Of a stretch of 64,000 bases of DNA, positions 9,895-20,841 are shown one piece after another. The translations under genes were made by a program, and so were the position numbers. This DNA comes from an uncultured Spirochaetota bacterium. GTDB lineage: Bacteria; Spirochaetota; Spirochaetia; SZUA-6; Fen-1364. Below the pieces are notes generated by a model that saw nothing but the letters and a program-made list of their open reading frames with translations, ran no database searches and was not told the origin of the DNA. The DNA lies in the NCBI GenBank assembly GCA_963781885.1, contig CAWAHW010000005.1:128001-192000 (forward strand), written 5' to 3'. Position 1 is the stretch's first letter, and each line of letters opens with the position of its first letter.

Positions 9895-10460
9895 AAGCGG
9901 TGGCCCTCGGCGGGACGTTCAATCCGGTGCACAACGGCCACCTCTTCATCGCGGAGGAGGTCAGGTCCGCCTTCGGCTACGACGCGGCCATCTTCGTTCC
10001 GTCGAATCAGCCCGTCCACAAGGATCCCTCGCCGGTGCTCGCCGCCCCCCATCGCCTGGAAATGCTGCGCCGCGCCATTGCCGGCAACGATCGCTTCATC
10101 GTGGATGAAGGGGAGATCGCACGGGGCGGCCCGTCCTATTCCATCGACACGGTCACCAGCCTCATCCCCCGCTACGGCATCGAAGGCAAGCCGGGCTTCG
10201 TGATCGGAGACGACCTCGTGGCGGGTTTCCCGACGTGGAAGGACGTGGACGAGCTCGTCCGCATCGTCGATCTCATCGTCGCCAGGAGAATCCTGGCCGG
10301 ACCCGTGCAGCTCGCGTATCCGCACAGGACCGTCATGAACACCGTCCTTCCCATCTCCTCTTCGGAGATCCGCGGGCGGATCAGCGAAGGACGCTCGGTG
10401 CGGTATCTCCTGCCCGACGCGGTCCTCGACTATATCAGGGACAAAAAGCTCTATGGATGA
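9891..10460 (+). CDS. nadD: Nicotinate-nucleotide adenylyltransferase
   Basis: 'GGTFNPVHNGH', 'PSYSIDT', 'ISSSEIR'. Confidence 0.95.
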   Translation: MKAVALGGTFNPVHNGHLFIAEEVRSAFGYDAAIFVPSNQPVHKDPSPVLAAPHRLEMLRRAIAGNDRFIVDEGEIARGGPSYSIDTVTSLIPRYGIEGKPGFVIGDDLVAGFPTWKDVDELVRIVDLIVARRILAGPVQLAYPHRTVMNTVLPISSSEIRGRISEGRSVRYLLPDAVLDYIRDKKLYG

Positions 10461-11031
10461 CAGGAATATCTGGCGCTCACGGGCATCGGCCCTCGTGGAG
10501 GCGACCCTCACGCGGCGGCGCATCGGCCATTCGCGCGAGGTGGCGCGCCTGGCGAGCGAGCTCTGCGACCGCTTCCACGGGGACGAGGAGAAGGGGTACA
10601 TCGCCGGCATGGCGCATGACCTCGCGCGCGAGCTCAGCGTGGCGGAAATCGTCCTGCTCGCGGAGTCCGACGGCCAGCCGGTGCGCGACTGGGAGAAAGA
10701 CACCCCGCTGCTCCTGCACGGGAGGGCCGCCGCCGCCATCCTCCTGAAGCATACCGGCTATGACGACCCCGAGACCCTCCAGGCCGTCCGCGACCACGTC
10801 ACCGGCCGCGGGTCCATGGGACTGATCTCGAAGATCGTTTTCGCCGCCGATTTCCTGGAGCCTACACGGGAACTGGTTTCCCCGGAGTTCCGGCGCCGCA
10901 CCATCGCTCTCAGTCTCGACGAGATGGTGCTCGCCGTGCTGGAGCGCAAGCTGCATTTCGTGCGCCAGGCCCGGCAGGCGATCAGCCCCGACTCCCTTGC
11001 CCTGCACGAGGAGCTTGCCGCCCATGCTTGA
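10453..11031 (+). CDS. yqeK: HD-domain Ap4A hydrolase, YqeK family
   Basis: 'RIGHS', 'AGMAHDLARE', 'LLHG', 'ADFLEPTR'; follows nadD. Confidence 0.88.
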   Translation: MDDRNIWRSRASALVEATLTRRRIGHSREVARLASELCDRFHGDEEKGYIAGMAHDLARELSVAEIVLLAESDGQPVRDWEKDTPLLLHGRAAAAILLKHTGYDDPETLQAVRDHVTGRGSMGLISKIVFAADFLEPTRELVSPEFRRRTIALSLDEMVLAVLERKLHFVRQARQAISPDSLALHEELAAHA

Positions 11032-12211
11032 ACGCAGAAGCCGTCGGACCGACCGGAGCATCCTTCTCCTCATCGTCATCGTGGTGATCGTCCTCGCCAC
11101 CGCCGCCTATGCGGTGCTCCAGCTCCGCGTGGATTCGGTCACCGATGCGCTGAAGAAGAAGCAGACGCTGAACACGCTCTTCATCTTCTCATCGGGCGAC
11201 AAGGCGCTCTTCTTCGAGACGTTTTTCTACAACTCCGCCACCCGCAAGGGATCGCTCTTCTATATCCCGCCGAATCTCGGGAGCGTCATCGCCTCCATCA
11301 ACAAGATGGAAGGCATCGACATGCTGTATCGCCGGACAAGCCCGGATCCGTTGAAGCAGAAGATCGAGGAGGTTCTGGGGGTTCCCCTGAACGCGGTCAT
11401 CGACGTCAGCCTCGACGACACGGGAAGGCTGGTCGATCTCCTGGGAGGGATCGACGTGTTCATTCCGAACGCCGTCGATCTCACCTTTCAGGGCCGCCGC
11501 GTGCTCCTTCCCTCCGGCAGCGTCACCCTTGACGGCGACAAGGCCCGCGACTTCATCACGTACGAGGACCCGCTGGAAACCGATGCCGACATGATCGGCC
11601 GGCGGCAGAAGTTCCTCCAGGCGACCCTGAAGGCGCTGGGGGAGAACAACGCCTTCCTCCAGCAGCGCGGCCCGTCCCGCATGCTCCGTTCGCTCCTGCG
11701 GACAAGCCTTCCGGGGCGCGCCCTGTCGTCGCTCGTCGCGGAGCTGGGGCGCTTCGATTCCGAACGGATGGTCCTGCAGCGGGTGCTGGGCACGACGCGG
11801 ACCACGGTGGACGGCCGCGAGCTCCTTTTCCCGCACCAGGACGGTGACCTCCTGAAGCAGTCCGTGAAGCTCGCCATCTCCGCGAATGCCTCCAACGAGT
11901 TCGTGCCGCCCGACGCCCTTTCCATCACCGTGGAGGTCCTCAACGGAACGAAGACGGTGGGCCTTGCAAACCGCGCGCGCGACGTGTTCCAGAGCTACGA
12001 CATGGAGGTCACGGCGCCGAACAATGCCGACAACGACCAGTACGCGAACACCGTGGTCCTTGACCGGAAAGGCTCCATGGACACCGCCAAGAAGGTGGCC
12101 GATATCATCCATTGTACCCGGATCTACTCGAAGCCCGATCCCAATGAGGACCAGGCCGTGGACGTCACCGTGATTCTGGGGAAAGATTTCGATGGCCGCT
12201 ACGTCAAGTAG
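11024..12211 (+). CDS. LCP (LytR-CpsA-Psr) family protein with C-terminal LytR_C domain
   Basis: N-terminal TM, 'LVDLLGGIDV', 'GRRQKFL', 'VEVLNGT...GLA', 'DVTVILGKDF'. Confidence 0.88.
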   Translation: MLERRSRRTDRSILLLIVIVVIVLATAAYAVLQLRVDSVTDALKKKQTLNTLFIFSSGDKALFFETFFYNSATRKGSLFYIPPNLGSVIASINKMEGIDMLYRRTSPDPLKQKIEEVLGVPLNAVIDVSLDDTGRLVDLLGGIDVFIPNAVDLTFQGRRVLLPSGSVTLDGDKARDFITYEDPLETDADMIGRRQKFLQATLKALGENNAFLQQRGPSRMLRSLLRTSLPGRALSSLVAELGRFDSERMVLQRVLGTTRTTVDGRELLFPHQDGDLLKQSVKLAISANASNEFVPPDALSITVEVLNGTKTVGLANRARDVFQSYDMEVTAPNNADNDQYANTVVLDRKGSMDTAKKVADIIHCTRIYSKPDPNEDQAVDVTVILGKDFDGRYVK

Positions 12212-12538
12212 CAAGGAGACGGCCCTGGAGGCCGCCCGGCTCATCGCCGATCACAAGGGCGACGACACGGTCGTGCTCGATATCAGCGATATCTCGGCGT
12301 TCGCCGATTTCTTCATCATCTCCACCGCGCGCAGCAGCGCCCATGTGCAGGGGCTCTTGCGAGAGCTCACGGCGTTTTTCCACCTGAAGGGCATCCATCC
12401 CCGCCATCCGCACAAGGCGCGGCCGGAGAAGGGTTGGATTCTGCTCGATTGCGGGGATTTCGTCATTCACCTGATGGAAAAAGAACAGCGGGATTTCTAC
12501 GATCTGGAAAGGCTCTGGTTCAAAGCGGAGCGGGTTTC

Positions 12539-12545
<7 letters not shown>
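12192..12545 (+). CDS. rsfS: Ribosome silencing factor
   Basis: 'DHKGDDTVVLD', 'WILLDCGDFVIH', 'RDFYDLERLW'. Confidence 0.95.
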
Positions 12546-13021
<476 letters not shown>

Positions 13022-13097
13022 CCTGCCTCAGCGTGAAAGTGTGAAATCAAGCTGAATCTATGTCCAGATTTTGCCGCTTGTCAACTAGTTTTTTGAA

Positions 13098-13583
13098 TCA
13101 GGCAACCGGGCGATTGGAAGCCTGCAGGCCGAGGAAGAGCGTGAGCCGTCCGAAGGGGCCCCGAATGGTCTGCCGGACCGGTTCTGAGACGTCCGGGACG
13201 CAACTTTGGAGCTTTTTGGCAGCGACAATGGCGGGCGGGGTGATATCACAGGTAAGCTGGCGTTCCGAAAGAAGGGTTATCGCGCGCCCGGAGATCTGGT
13301 TCGTAAGCTCCCCGAGGGCGGCGAGCTGTATCTCGTTGAGCTTCGGTCCGGCGACGGAAAGACGGATGCTGCCTGTCATGGCGCGAAGCACGGCCGAGGC
13401 GCTCTGCGCATCCGTGAGAAGCATGAAGATGCCCTTGACGTCGCCCGTCAGGCAGACGCTCGTGATGATCTGGTCATTCGCGTTTTCCGGGGAACCGGGC
13501 TCCACGGAGGAAATGACCAGATCCGTCTCGTGGAACACCTGGCGGACGGCCTCGATGAACACCTCGAGGATTTCCTGCTGCAC
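13098..13583 (-). CDS. cheX: Chemotaxis phosphatase CheX family protein
   Basis: 'SVCLTGDVKG', 'ALGELTNQISG' (ExxN), 'DITPP'. GTG start 6 nt after TATACT. Confidence 0.88.
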   Translation of the reverse strand: MQQEILEVFIEAVRQVFHETDLVISSVEPGSPENANDQIITSVCLTGDVKGIFMLLTDAQSASAVLRAMTGSIRLSVAGPKLNEIQLAALGELTNQISGRAITLLSERQLTCDITPPAIVAAKKLQSCVPDVSEPVRQTIRGPFGRLTLFLGLQASNRPVA

Positions 13584-13589
13584 GCATTG

Positions 13590-13619
13590 AGTATAGGAGA
13601 GCGCCCCCCGGCCTGTCAA
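13590..13619 (-). promoter_or_regulatory. Sigma70 promoter, leaderless cheX
   Basis: TTGACA-18-TATACT-6 nt-GTG. Confidence 0.65.
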
Positions 13620-13675
13620 ATCGGCCGACAGGCGGCTGCCGCCGCGCGCACCGCCAGGGCCGTGGAGGGGGTCTG

Positions 13676-13715
13676 CGGGCCTCCTCCCGTCCGTCCACGG
13701 ACTCGTCGGCCCTCG
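13676..13715. repeat. Intergenic 40-bp hairpin repeat, copy 2
   Basis: Matches 2826-2865. Inner stem GTCCG-TCCA-CGGAC carries a compensatory pair change. Confidence 0.75.
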
Positions 13716-13798
13716 GCCTCCTTGCCTACGCCCTCTTGCGGCGAATCGCTGCCTCTGCTACTATCGCCGGATGCGGATTCGCCAATGGGAGGACACCC

Positions 13799-14149
13799 AT
13801 GGAGATTACGGACATTCGCATCAAGAGGGTCGAATCTGACAACAAGCTGAAGGCCTATGTCACGATCACGTTCGACGACTGCTTTGTGGTGCACAATCTC
13901 AAGATCATCATGGGCCAGTTCGGCCGTTTCGTGGCGATGCCCAGCAGGAAGACGCGGGATGGCGAGTTCAAGGACATAGCGCACCCGATCAATTCGGAGT
14001 TCCGAAGGAGGATCCAGACCCGCATCCTGGAGGAGTTTGACAAAGGCGCGGGAGAAATGCATATTGCGGGTCAGGACGACGAAGATTTCCCGCACGGCGG
14101 GGACACGGAGGAGCCGGATACCCGCGATGGAGAACAGCCCCCGGTCTGA
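13799..14149 (+). CDS. spoVG: SpoVG family nucleic-acid-binding regulator
   Basis: 'MEITDIRI', 'FVVHNLKI', 'FVAMPSRK..DGEFKDIAHPI'. SD GGAGG; promoter TTGCGG-17-TACTAT. Confidence 0.95.
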   Translation: MEITDIRIKRVESDNKLKAYVTITFDDCFVVHNLKIIMGQFGRFVAMPSRKTRDGEFKDIAHPINSEFRRRIQTRILEEFDKGAGEMHIAGQDDEDFPHGGDTEEPDTRDGEQPPV

Positions 14150-14192
14150 CGCGCGCGGGGAATTGATGCCATCCGCCGACTCTATCTCACAG

Positions 14193-14264
14193 TGGGACGT
14201 CGGCAAGCGGTAAGCCACCGGAATTTGGATCCGGCATTCGCAGGTTCGAATCCTGCCGTCCCAG
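14193..14264 (+). tRNA. tRNA-Gln (anticodon TTG), CCA not encoded
   Basis: Acceptor TGGGACG/CGTCCCA, anticodon arm CCGGA-ATTTGGA-TCCGG, T arm GCAGG-TTCGAAT-CCTGC. Confidence 0.95.
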
Positions 14265-14317
14265 ATGACAAAGACAAGCCCGAGGACGGACGATACCACA
14301 GCAAGGAGTTTCTGAAG

Positions 14318-14974
14318 ATGGAAGCAAAGAAGCTGAATGTCGAGATACGCAAGGGAGAGGGCAAGGGCGCTGCCGGAAGGCTCCGGACCGCCGGCAAGAT
14401 CCCCGCGGTCATCTATGGACATACGACACCCACGGCGATCACGGTGGACGCGCGCGAGTTCCGCAACGCGTTCCGTAGAATCACGGAGAACACGATCGTG
14501 CATCTGCACACGCCCAGCGGCGTGCACGAGGTCCTGGTGAAGGACTACCAGAAGGACAATCTCACCGGTCAGATCCTCCACGTGGATTTCTACGAGTTCG
14601 AAAAGGGCAAGGCCCTGCGCACGCGCGTGCCCATCCGCCTCATTGGCAACCCGATCGGTGTGAAGGAGGGGGGCATCCTGGAAAGCCTTCTTCACCAGCT
14701 CGACGTGGAATGTCTCCCGAAGGACCTGCCGGAAGAGATCACGCTCGACATCAACGAGCTCGGGCTCGACCGCGCGCTGCACGTCAACAACCTCGTGCTG
14801 CCCGAAGGGGTGCGCGCGATCCAGGCGCCTGACCAGGTCGTCTGCCTCGTCGCCCACCGCAAGGCCGAAGAGGAAGTCGCTCCCGCTGCCGTGGAGGGCG
14901 AGGTTCCTGCCGAGGGAGAAGAGGCTGCCGAGGGCGCAGAGAAGGCCGAAGAGACAGAGGAAAAAGAGGAGTAA
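14318..14974 (+). CDS. rplY: 50S ribosomal protein L25 / general stress protein Ctc
   Basis: 'GKGAAGRLRTAGKIPAVIYG', 'ILHVDFY', 'GVKEGGIL'; SD AAGGAG. Confidence 0.95.
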   Translation: MEAKKLNVEIRKGEGKGAAGRLRTAGKIPAVIYGHTTPTAITVDAREFRNAFRRITENTIVHLHTPSGVHEVLVKDYQKDNLTGQILHVDFYEFEKGKALRTRVPIRLIGNPIGVKEGGILESLLHQLDVECLPKDLPEEITLDINELGLDRALHVNNLVLPEGVRAIQAPDQVVCLVAHRKAEEEVAPAAVEGEVPAEGEEAAEGAEKAEETEEKEE

Positions 14975-14986
14975 TTCCTGGCCCTC

Positions 14987-15559
14987 ATGGTGGTCGGGCT
15001 CGGCAACCCGGGCGCCCGTTATGCGGGCACCCGGCACAATGTCGGGTTCATGGTCGTGGACGCCCTTGCGGCAACGCTGGGCGTCCCGTTCAAGAAAAAG
15101 CTTTTCCATTCCTACGCCATCGGGAAGGGGATGCACGAAGGCGTCCCGCTGTATCTGGTGAAGCCGCTCACCTATATGAACGAGTCGGGCCGGGCCGTAC
15201 GGGAAGCGCTGCGCGAAACGGGCATCGAACCGGCGTCCCTCCTCATCATCTGCGATTCCCTGGACCTGTCACCGGGCAATCTCCGCTTCAAGCTCAAAGG
15301 CTCATCCGGCGGCCAGAAGGGTCTCCAGTCGATCATCACGTCCATCGGCACCGAAGAGTTCATGCGCCTCACCGTCGGCATCGGCAGGCCGGAGCACAAG
15401 GGCCAGGTTATTGCCCACGTCCTCGGCGAGCCGAAGAGCGCGGACGAGGAGCTGATCGGCCGCGCGGTGGATCGGGCCGGCCTTTCGGTGCTCCAGCTTG
15501 CCACGCAGGGACCGGTGCGCGTCATGAATGACGTCAACAAGAGGGAGCCCGCCTCGTGA
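14987..15559 (+). CDS. pth: Peptidyl-tRNA hydrolase
   Basis: 'VGLGNPG..YAGTRHNVGF', 'KPLTYMNESG', 'GIGRP'. Confidence 0.95.
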   Translation: MVVGLGNPGARYAGTRHNVGFMVVDALAATLGVPFKKKLFHSYAIGKGMHEGVPLYLVKPLTYMNESGRAVREALRETGIEPASLLIICDSLDLSPGNLRFKLKGSSGGQKGLQSIITSIGTEEFMRLTVGIGRPEHKGQVIAHVLGEPKSADEELIGRAVDRAGLSVLQLATQGPVRVMNDVNKREPAS

Positions 15560-16977
15560 AAGAGCTCGAACAGAGCGTCCACCTTGCCCTGCGGGAGGCG
15601 GGCATCCCAGACGCGATGCATCTGCTCGTCGCGGTGTCGGGCGGCCCGGACTCGATGGCGCTCCTGCGCTGCCTGGCGCATCTGCGGACCCCCGCGGGCG
15701 CCGCGTTGAGCGCGTGCGTCGTCGATCACGGCATCAGGCCGCGCGAACAGGTGGAGGCGGACATTGCGCTCGTGGCTGCCGCGTGCGCACGCCTGGATCT
15801 GCCGCTGGTCGTGAAGACAATCCCGGCGGGGCAGTGCGAAGCCCTTGCGCGCGCGCGCCATCGGAGCCTGGAGGAGACCGCGCGCGGCCTGCGTCACGGC
15901 CTTCTCCGTGAGGCGGCGCGGGAAACAAGCGCCGAGGCGGTGGCACTCGGGCACACGGAAGACGACCTTATCGAAACGCTCCTCATGCGGGTTCTGCAGG
16001 GGTCCGATGCGGAGGGCCTCAGCGGCATTGCGATGCGCCGGGGTCCCTTTGTGCGCCCCCTCCTTCACTGCACGCGTGACGGCGTGATCGCGTACCTTGA
16101 ATCCGAGGGCCAGGAATGGCGCGCTGATTCCACCAATGAAGATTTTCGCTTCTATAGAAATCGCGTCCGCCACGGCCTGATCCCCGTTCTGAGGGACCTG
16201 TTTCCGGGGCACCGGGCAGGGCTGCGTGCCTTCAGCGCCAAGCAGGCCATGACGGCGGGCCTTGTGCGCGAGCTGGCGGACCGGATGCCGTGGCGGCCGG
16301 AAGGTCGTGGTTTTTCCATTGCCGTTGATGACTACTTTCGAACTTCTGCCGCCGTCCGTGCCCGATCGCTGCTCGATCTCTATGACAAGATCCGGGGGCC
16401 GCTGTCCCCGCGCGTGCTTCCCTGGCGTTTCCTGCGGCCCGCGCTTGGTCCCGTTTCCGACTCCGAATCGTGCCTGTTGCGGGGACACGGGGTCCTGCTT
16501 TCCCGTCGTTCCGGCAGGCTTTACTGGGAAGACGATATTGCCAGCCGATGTAAAAAGGGATACTTTATAGAAGTCTCTGAAGCCGGCACGATCGCTTTCC
16601 AGGGTGGCGGGATGAGTCTGTCCGCTGCCCGCAACTTGGAAATCGCCGTTGCTGGAATGGCAGGAGTCTTTCTGCGCTCCGGCGCGGTGGATCCACCGCT
16701 CGTGCTGAGGTCGAAGAGAAGAGGAGACCGCATCCTTCTCGAGAATGGCACGACAGCGGTGAATGATCTCATTGCCGGCTGGAAGATTCCCCGCGAGGCG
16801 CGGGAGTCTGTCCCGGTCCTCGTGGACAGGAGGGGCGTGCTGGCAGTCCTGGGCGGCGCGCTGGGATACCCCACCCGGGCACGGGCGGGCGCCTTCGCGG
16901 AAGATGGCGGGGGCGTGGACCGCATGGTCGGACGCCTTGAAAAGGCTGCGGAAAAACGAATTGGAAGAGGGACGTGA
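15556..16977 (+). CDS. tilS: tRNA(Ile)-lysidine synthetase
   Basis: PP-loop 'AVSGGPDSMALL', 'VDHGIR', 'GHTEDDLIET', 'RNRVRH'. Confidence 0.93.
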   Translation: MKELEQSVHLALREAGIPDAMHLLVAVSGGPDSMALLRCLAHLRTPAGAALSACVVDHGIRPREQVEADIALVAAACARLDLPLVVKTIPAGQCEALARARHRSLEETARGLRHGLLREAARETSAEAVALGHTEDDLIETLLMRVLQGSDAEGLSGIAMRRGPFVRPLLHCTRDGVIAYLESEGQEWRADSTNEDFRFYRNRVRHGLIPVLRDLFPGHRAGLRAFSAKQAMTAGLVRELADRMPWRPEGRGFSIAVDDYFRTSAAVRARSLLDLYDKIRGPLSPRVLPWRFLRPALGPVSDSESCLLRGHGVLLSRRSGRLYWEDDIASRCKKGYFIEVSEAGTIAFQGGGMSLSAARNLEIAVAGMAGVFLRSGAVDPPLVLRSKRRGDRILLENGTTAVNDLIAGWKIPREARESVPVLVDRRGVLAVLGGALGYPTRARAGAFAEDGGGVDRMVGRLEKAAEKRIGRGT

Positions 16978-18887
16978 GCAACAACAACGATAACGGCGAC
17001 AACAAGGGACCGGATCCGCGCGTACCGCGCTTCAACTTCAACAACAGGATCGCGCTCATCTCCCTGTTGATCCTCGTCTCCTTCTTCGTTTTTTTCTTCG
17101 TTTATAACGACCGCTCGGGGACGTCGGAGCTTCCGTACTCCACCTTCCAGACCTACCTGGATGACGGCATGATCGACCAGGTGAAGATCATCGACCAGTA
17201 CGAGATCCAGGGCACCGTGAAATCGAAGACGGGCGACGTGAACTTCTTCAAGACCACCATCCCCTATCCCGACGACAGCCTCATGAAGAGCCTGAAGGAC
17301 AAGGGCGTGAAGGTTTCCGGCGGCGCAAAGGCCATCTCGCCTCTGAACGTCATCATCAATTTCCTGCCGTGGGTGATCGGGTTCTTCTTCATCTGGTTCA
17401 TGTTCCGCCAGGTCCAGGGAAACGGTAACAAGGCGTTCTCTTTCGGGAAGAGCAGGGCAAAGCGCTATCTCGACTCCAGCAAACGCATCACCTTCAACGA
17501 CGTCGCGGGCCAGGAGGAGGCGAAATACGAGCTGCAGGAAGTGGTGGAGTTCCTGAAGAGCCCGCAGAAGTTCTCCCGTCTCGGCGCGAAGATACCGAAG
17601 GGCGTCCTGCTGGTCGGCATGCCGGGCACGGGGAAGACCCTCCTTGCGAAAGCCATCGCGGGAGAAGCGAATGTCGCCTTCTTCCACATGTCGGGATCCG
17701 ATTTCGTGGAGATGTTCGTCGGCGTCGGCGCAAGCCGCGTCCGCGACCTCTTCGAGCAGGGCAGGCGTCACGCGCCCTGCATCCTCTTCATCGACGAGCT
17801 GGACGCGGTGGGGCGCACGCGCGGCGCCGGCTACGGCGGCGGCCACGACGAGCGCGAGCAGACGCTCAACCAGATGCTCGTGGAGATGGACGGCTTCGAC
17901 ACAAAGGATGGCGTCATCATCCTGGCCGCGACCAACAGACCTGATGTCCTCGACCCCGCGCTTCTGCGGCCCGGCCGTTTCGATCGCCAGGTCGTCGTCG
18001 ACATGCCCGACAGCAAGGAGCGCGAGCAGATCCTGCGTCTCCATGCGAAGAAGCTGCCGCTTGCGGAGAACGTGGACCTCGGGCGCCTTGCGCGCGCCAC
18101 CCCCGGCTCATCGGGTGCGGACCTTGCCAACCTCGTGAACGAGGCGGCGCTCTTTGCCGGCCGCAAGGCCAAGGACCGCGTCGACATGGACGATTTCGAA
18201 GAGGCGCGCGACAAGACGCTGATGGGCGTGGCGCGCAAGAGCAAGGTCATCCCGCCCAAGGAAAAGCAGATGGTGGCCTTTCATGAGGCGGGCCACGGTC
18301 TTCTTCACTACTTCCTCAAGAACGCTGATCCGTTGCACAAGATCACGATCATTCCCCACGGACGCGCCCTCGGGGTCGCATTCTCCCTGCCGGAGGACGA
18401 CGCCTACTCCCGCAACAAGGGATGGCTGCTGGACCGGATCACGATCGCAATGGGCGGCTACGCCGCGGAGCGCCTGATGCTGGACGAAACCACCACGGGC
18501 GCGCAGAATGACCTGGAGCAGGCGACCGATCTCGCCCGCCGGATGGTCTGCGAGTGGGGCATGAGCGAGCTGCTCGGTCCCATTGCGTACGGCCAGAAGG
18601 ACGAGCCGATATTCCTCGGCAAGGAGATCGCGCGGCACAAGGACTACTCGGAAGAGACCGCCCGCGCCATCGACACGGAGATAAAGAAGTTCGTGGAGGC
18701 CGGGCTGCGCGAGGCCACCAGGATCCTCACCGAGCAGCGCGACAAGCTGAAGCTCCTGGCGGAAACGCTTCTCGCAAAGGAAAACCTGGACGACGACGAG
18801 ATCCGCGCGCTGCTCGGTTTCCCCGAAAGGAAGCGCGGGGATTTCGAGCCGTCAACGGAGGTGCACGCGCCGGCGGCGTCGACCTGA
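16974..18887 (+). CDS. ftsH: ATP-dependent zinc metalloprotease FtsH
   Basis: Two TMs, 'GMPGTGKT', 'FIDELDAVG', '[10 protein letters not shown]', 'HEAGH'. Confidence 0.98.
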   Translation: MSNNNDNGDNKGPDPRVPRFNFNNRIALISLLILVSFFVFFFVYNDRSGTSELPYSTFQTYLDDGMIDQVKIIDQYEIQGTVKSKTGDVNFFKTTIPYPDDSLMKSLKDKGVKVSGGAKAISPLNVIINFLPWVIGFFFIWFMFRQVQGNGNKAFSFGKSRAKRYLDSSKRITFNDVAGQEEAKYELQEVVEFLKSPQKFSRLGAKIPKGVLLVGMPGTGKTLLAKAIAGEANVAFFHMSGSDFVEMFVGVGASRVRDLFEQGRRHAPCILFIDELDAVGRTRGAGYGGGHDEREQTLNQMLVEMDGFDTKDGVIILAATNRPDVLDPALLRPGRFDRQVVVDMPDSKEREQILRLHAKKLPLAENVDLGRLARATPGSSGADLANLVNEAALFAGRKAKDRVDMDDFEEARDKTLMGVARKSKVIPPKEKQMVAFHEAGHGLLHYFLKNADPLHKITIIPHGRALGVAFSLPEDDAYSRNKGWLLDRITIAMGGYAAERLMLDETTTGAQNDLEQATDLARRMVCEWGMSELLGPIAYGQKDEPIFLGKEIARHKDYSEETARAIDTEIKKFVEAGLREATRILTEQRDKLKLLAETLLAKENLDDDEIRALLGFPERKRGDFEPSTEVHAPAAST

Positions 18888-18933
18888 GGCCTTTCGCGGG
18901 CAGACGCCTTCCGGTGCCGCTGTTCGTACAAGT

Positions 18934-20841
18934 GTGAAAAGGCGCCGTTTTTCCATCATTCCTTTTGCCGTCCTCCTTCTTTGTGCTTTTGTGAGCGCAC
19001 CCGTTGCGGGACAGAACGCGGCGGGGGATGCCGCGGCGCGAAGCCAGGCGGATGAGTTCTTGAGACAGGCATCACTCCTCCCGACCTCAAACGCCGGTTC
19101 GGCCGCAAGCTCTCTTATCGCCGCCGCGCTCCAGCTTGCCCCGGACTACTCCGAGGCCCTCTATGCGCACGCGCGTCTTGCGCTTGCCGACCGCGGCACC
19201 ACGATGGAAGGCATCGTCGACCTTCGCGCCGCCGTCAAAAACGCGACGTGGAGCGCAACGGATCCGTCGGAAGCCGAGCTGCTGCTCGGGCAGTGCCTGC
19301 TTCGAACCGGAAACCTCGCGGAATCGCGCAGCATCGCGCAGCGCCTGGTGGACCGACGCCCTGACGACGGCCGTCATCTGCTTCTGCTCGCGCGCGTGCA
19401 GGAGCGCGGCAAGGACGCCGCGGGGGAGCAGAAGACCCTTTCCGATGCCGCCGTGCGGTTCCCCGACATGGACGATTTCCGCCTCCTCGCCGCGGCGCTG
19501 CGGGAGCGTCAGGGCCGGCACGCTGACGCCGTCACTGTCATTGCAACCGGCCTTCGCTATCACCCCGACAGCCTGCCGCTCCTTCTTGCCGCGGCCAGGC
19601 TCGAGCGAGACCCTGGAAAGCGGCTGGCGGCTGTTGCGCTGTATGCCGGCAAGGGCGGCACCGACCCGCTTGCCGATGTGATGGCCCTGGAATCGGCCCC
19701 GGCGCCGCAGAAACAGGGCTTTCTCACCAGTTTTCTTCGCCATGCCGGTCTGGGGCGGCAGGACCTGATCGACAGGGTCGTCGCCGCCGTCAGGTCGAGC
19801 AAGGCGCTTTCCGCGGCTCTCCAGACCGCTCTCACCGGCTACACCGGCATGCGCGACCTGGATGCCGATGGCGACGGCTACTGGGAGGATCGTTGGCAGT
19901 TCGACGCAGGGAGCGTCACGCACTGGACCGGGGAGCCTGAGCAAAACGGCGTTTTCCAGTACGCGTCGGATTTCAAGTCCGGCGCGCCGGCGACCTTCCG
20001 CTTTACCGCGGCGGGTAACGTCCCTGTCACCCTCACCTACAGCAGATATCCGTTCATCGAGAAGGCGGCACTGCGTGGCGGCGCGACCTATTTCGTCGTT
20101 CCTTACACACTTCAGTGCGCCTTTCTGCAGTCTGCCGCGCCGGGCGGATTTTCCGGGCTTTCCCCCCGCATCGCTTCCCGGATCGTCGTGCCGACGATGG
20201 ACCAGATCAGGCGGGGCTCGTCCCGCAGCGAAGACTATGCCGCTGACGGGGTCACCCTTCTGCGTCGTGTGAGCCTTTCCCGCGGGCTGCCGGTCTTCCT
20301 GGAGGAGGACACCAATGGCGACGGAGCCATCGACCATCGCGTCTGGTACGCCAATGGCGCTCCCGTCCGCGGCGAAAGATCGCTCGGCGACAGCGCCATC
20401 TTTTCCGTCAAGGAAACGTGGAAAAACGGGAAGCTTGTAGAAGAAATCTTCGATACCGATGGAGACGGTCGCCCCGATTATCGCGTAACTTATGGTGAGA
20501 ATCTAATGAAGGCGTGGGACTACAATGAGGATGGAAAGGATGACAGCAGGGAGTATCCCGGCCCGGGAGGCATCATTGTACGCGATATCTCCACTGCCTT
20601 GAACGGGGTTTTTGACGTGAAAGTACGGACGCAGGATGGGCGCATCGTGGGAGTTTCGAAGGCGGGAGTGGAGGAGAAGGTCGCTGTGGACGCGGGTCGT
20701 GGCGTCACCTGGATCGGAACGCCCGCCGCGGCAGGCGTGTCACTTGATACGGCCGCACCGGAGGGTGTGCAGGTCCTGGGGGCCCGCAGCTACCTCCTTT
20801 TCCGGTCCGCCGGCGTCACCTACGCGGAGGAAATCCCGTGA
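18934..20841 (+). CDS. Exported TPR-like protein with repeated DxDxDG Ca-binding-like loops
   Basis: Signal peptide, helical repeat N-half, then DADGDG, DTNGDG, DTDGDG, DYNEDG. Confidence 0.7.
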   Translation: MKRRRFSIIPFAVLLLCAFVSAPVAGQNAAGDAAARSQADEFLRQASLLPTSNAGSAASSLIAAALQLAPDYSEALYAHARLALADRGTTMEGIVDLRAAVKNATWSATDPSEAELLLGQCLLRTGNLAESRSIAQRLVDRRPDDGRHLLLLARVQERGKDAAGEQKTLSDAAVRFPDMDDFRLLAAALRERQGRHADAVTVIATGLRYHPDSLPLLLAAARLERDPGKRLAAVALYAGKGGTDPLADVMALESAPAPQKQGFLTSFLRHAGLGRQDLIDRVVAAVRSSKALSAALQTALTGYTGMRDLDADGDGYWEDRWQFDAGSVTHWTGEPEQNGVFQYASDFKSGAPATFRFTAAGNVPVTLTYSRYPFIEKAALRGGATYFVVPYTLQCAFLQSAAPGGFSGLSPRIASRIVVPTMDQIRRGSSRSEDYAADGVTLLRRVSLSRGLPVFLEEDTNGDGAIDHRVWYANGAPVRGERSLGDSAIFSVKETWKNGKLVEEIFDTDGDGRPDYRVTYGENLMKAWDYNEDGKDDSREYPGPGGIIVRDISTALNGVFDVKVRTQDGRIVGVSKAGVEEKVAVDAGRGVTWIGTPAAAGVSLDTAAPEGVQVLGARSYLLFRSAGVTYAEEIP

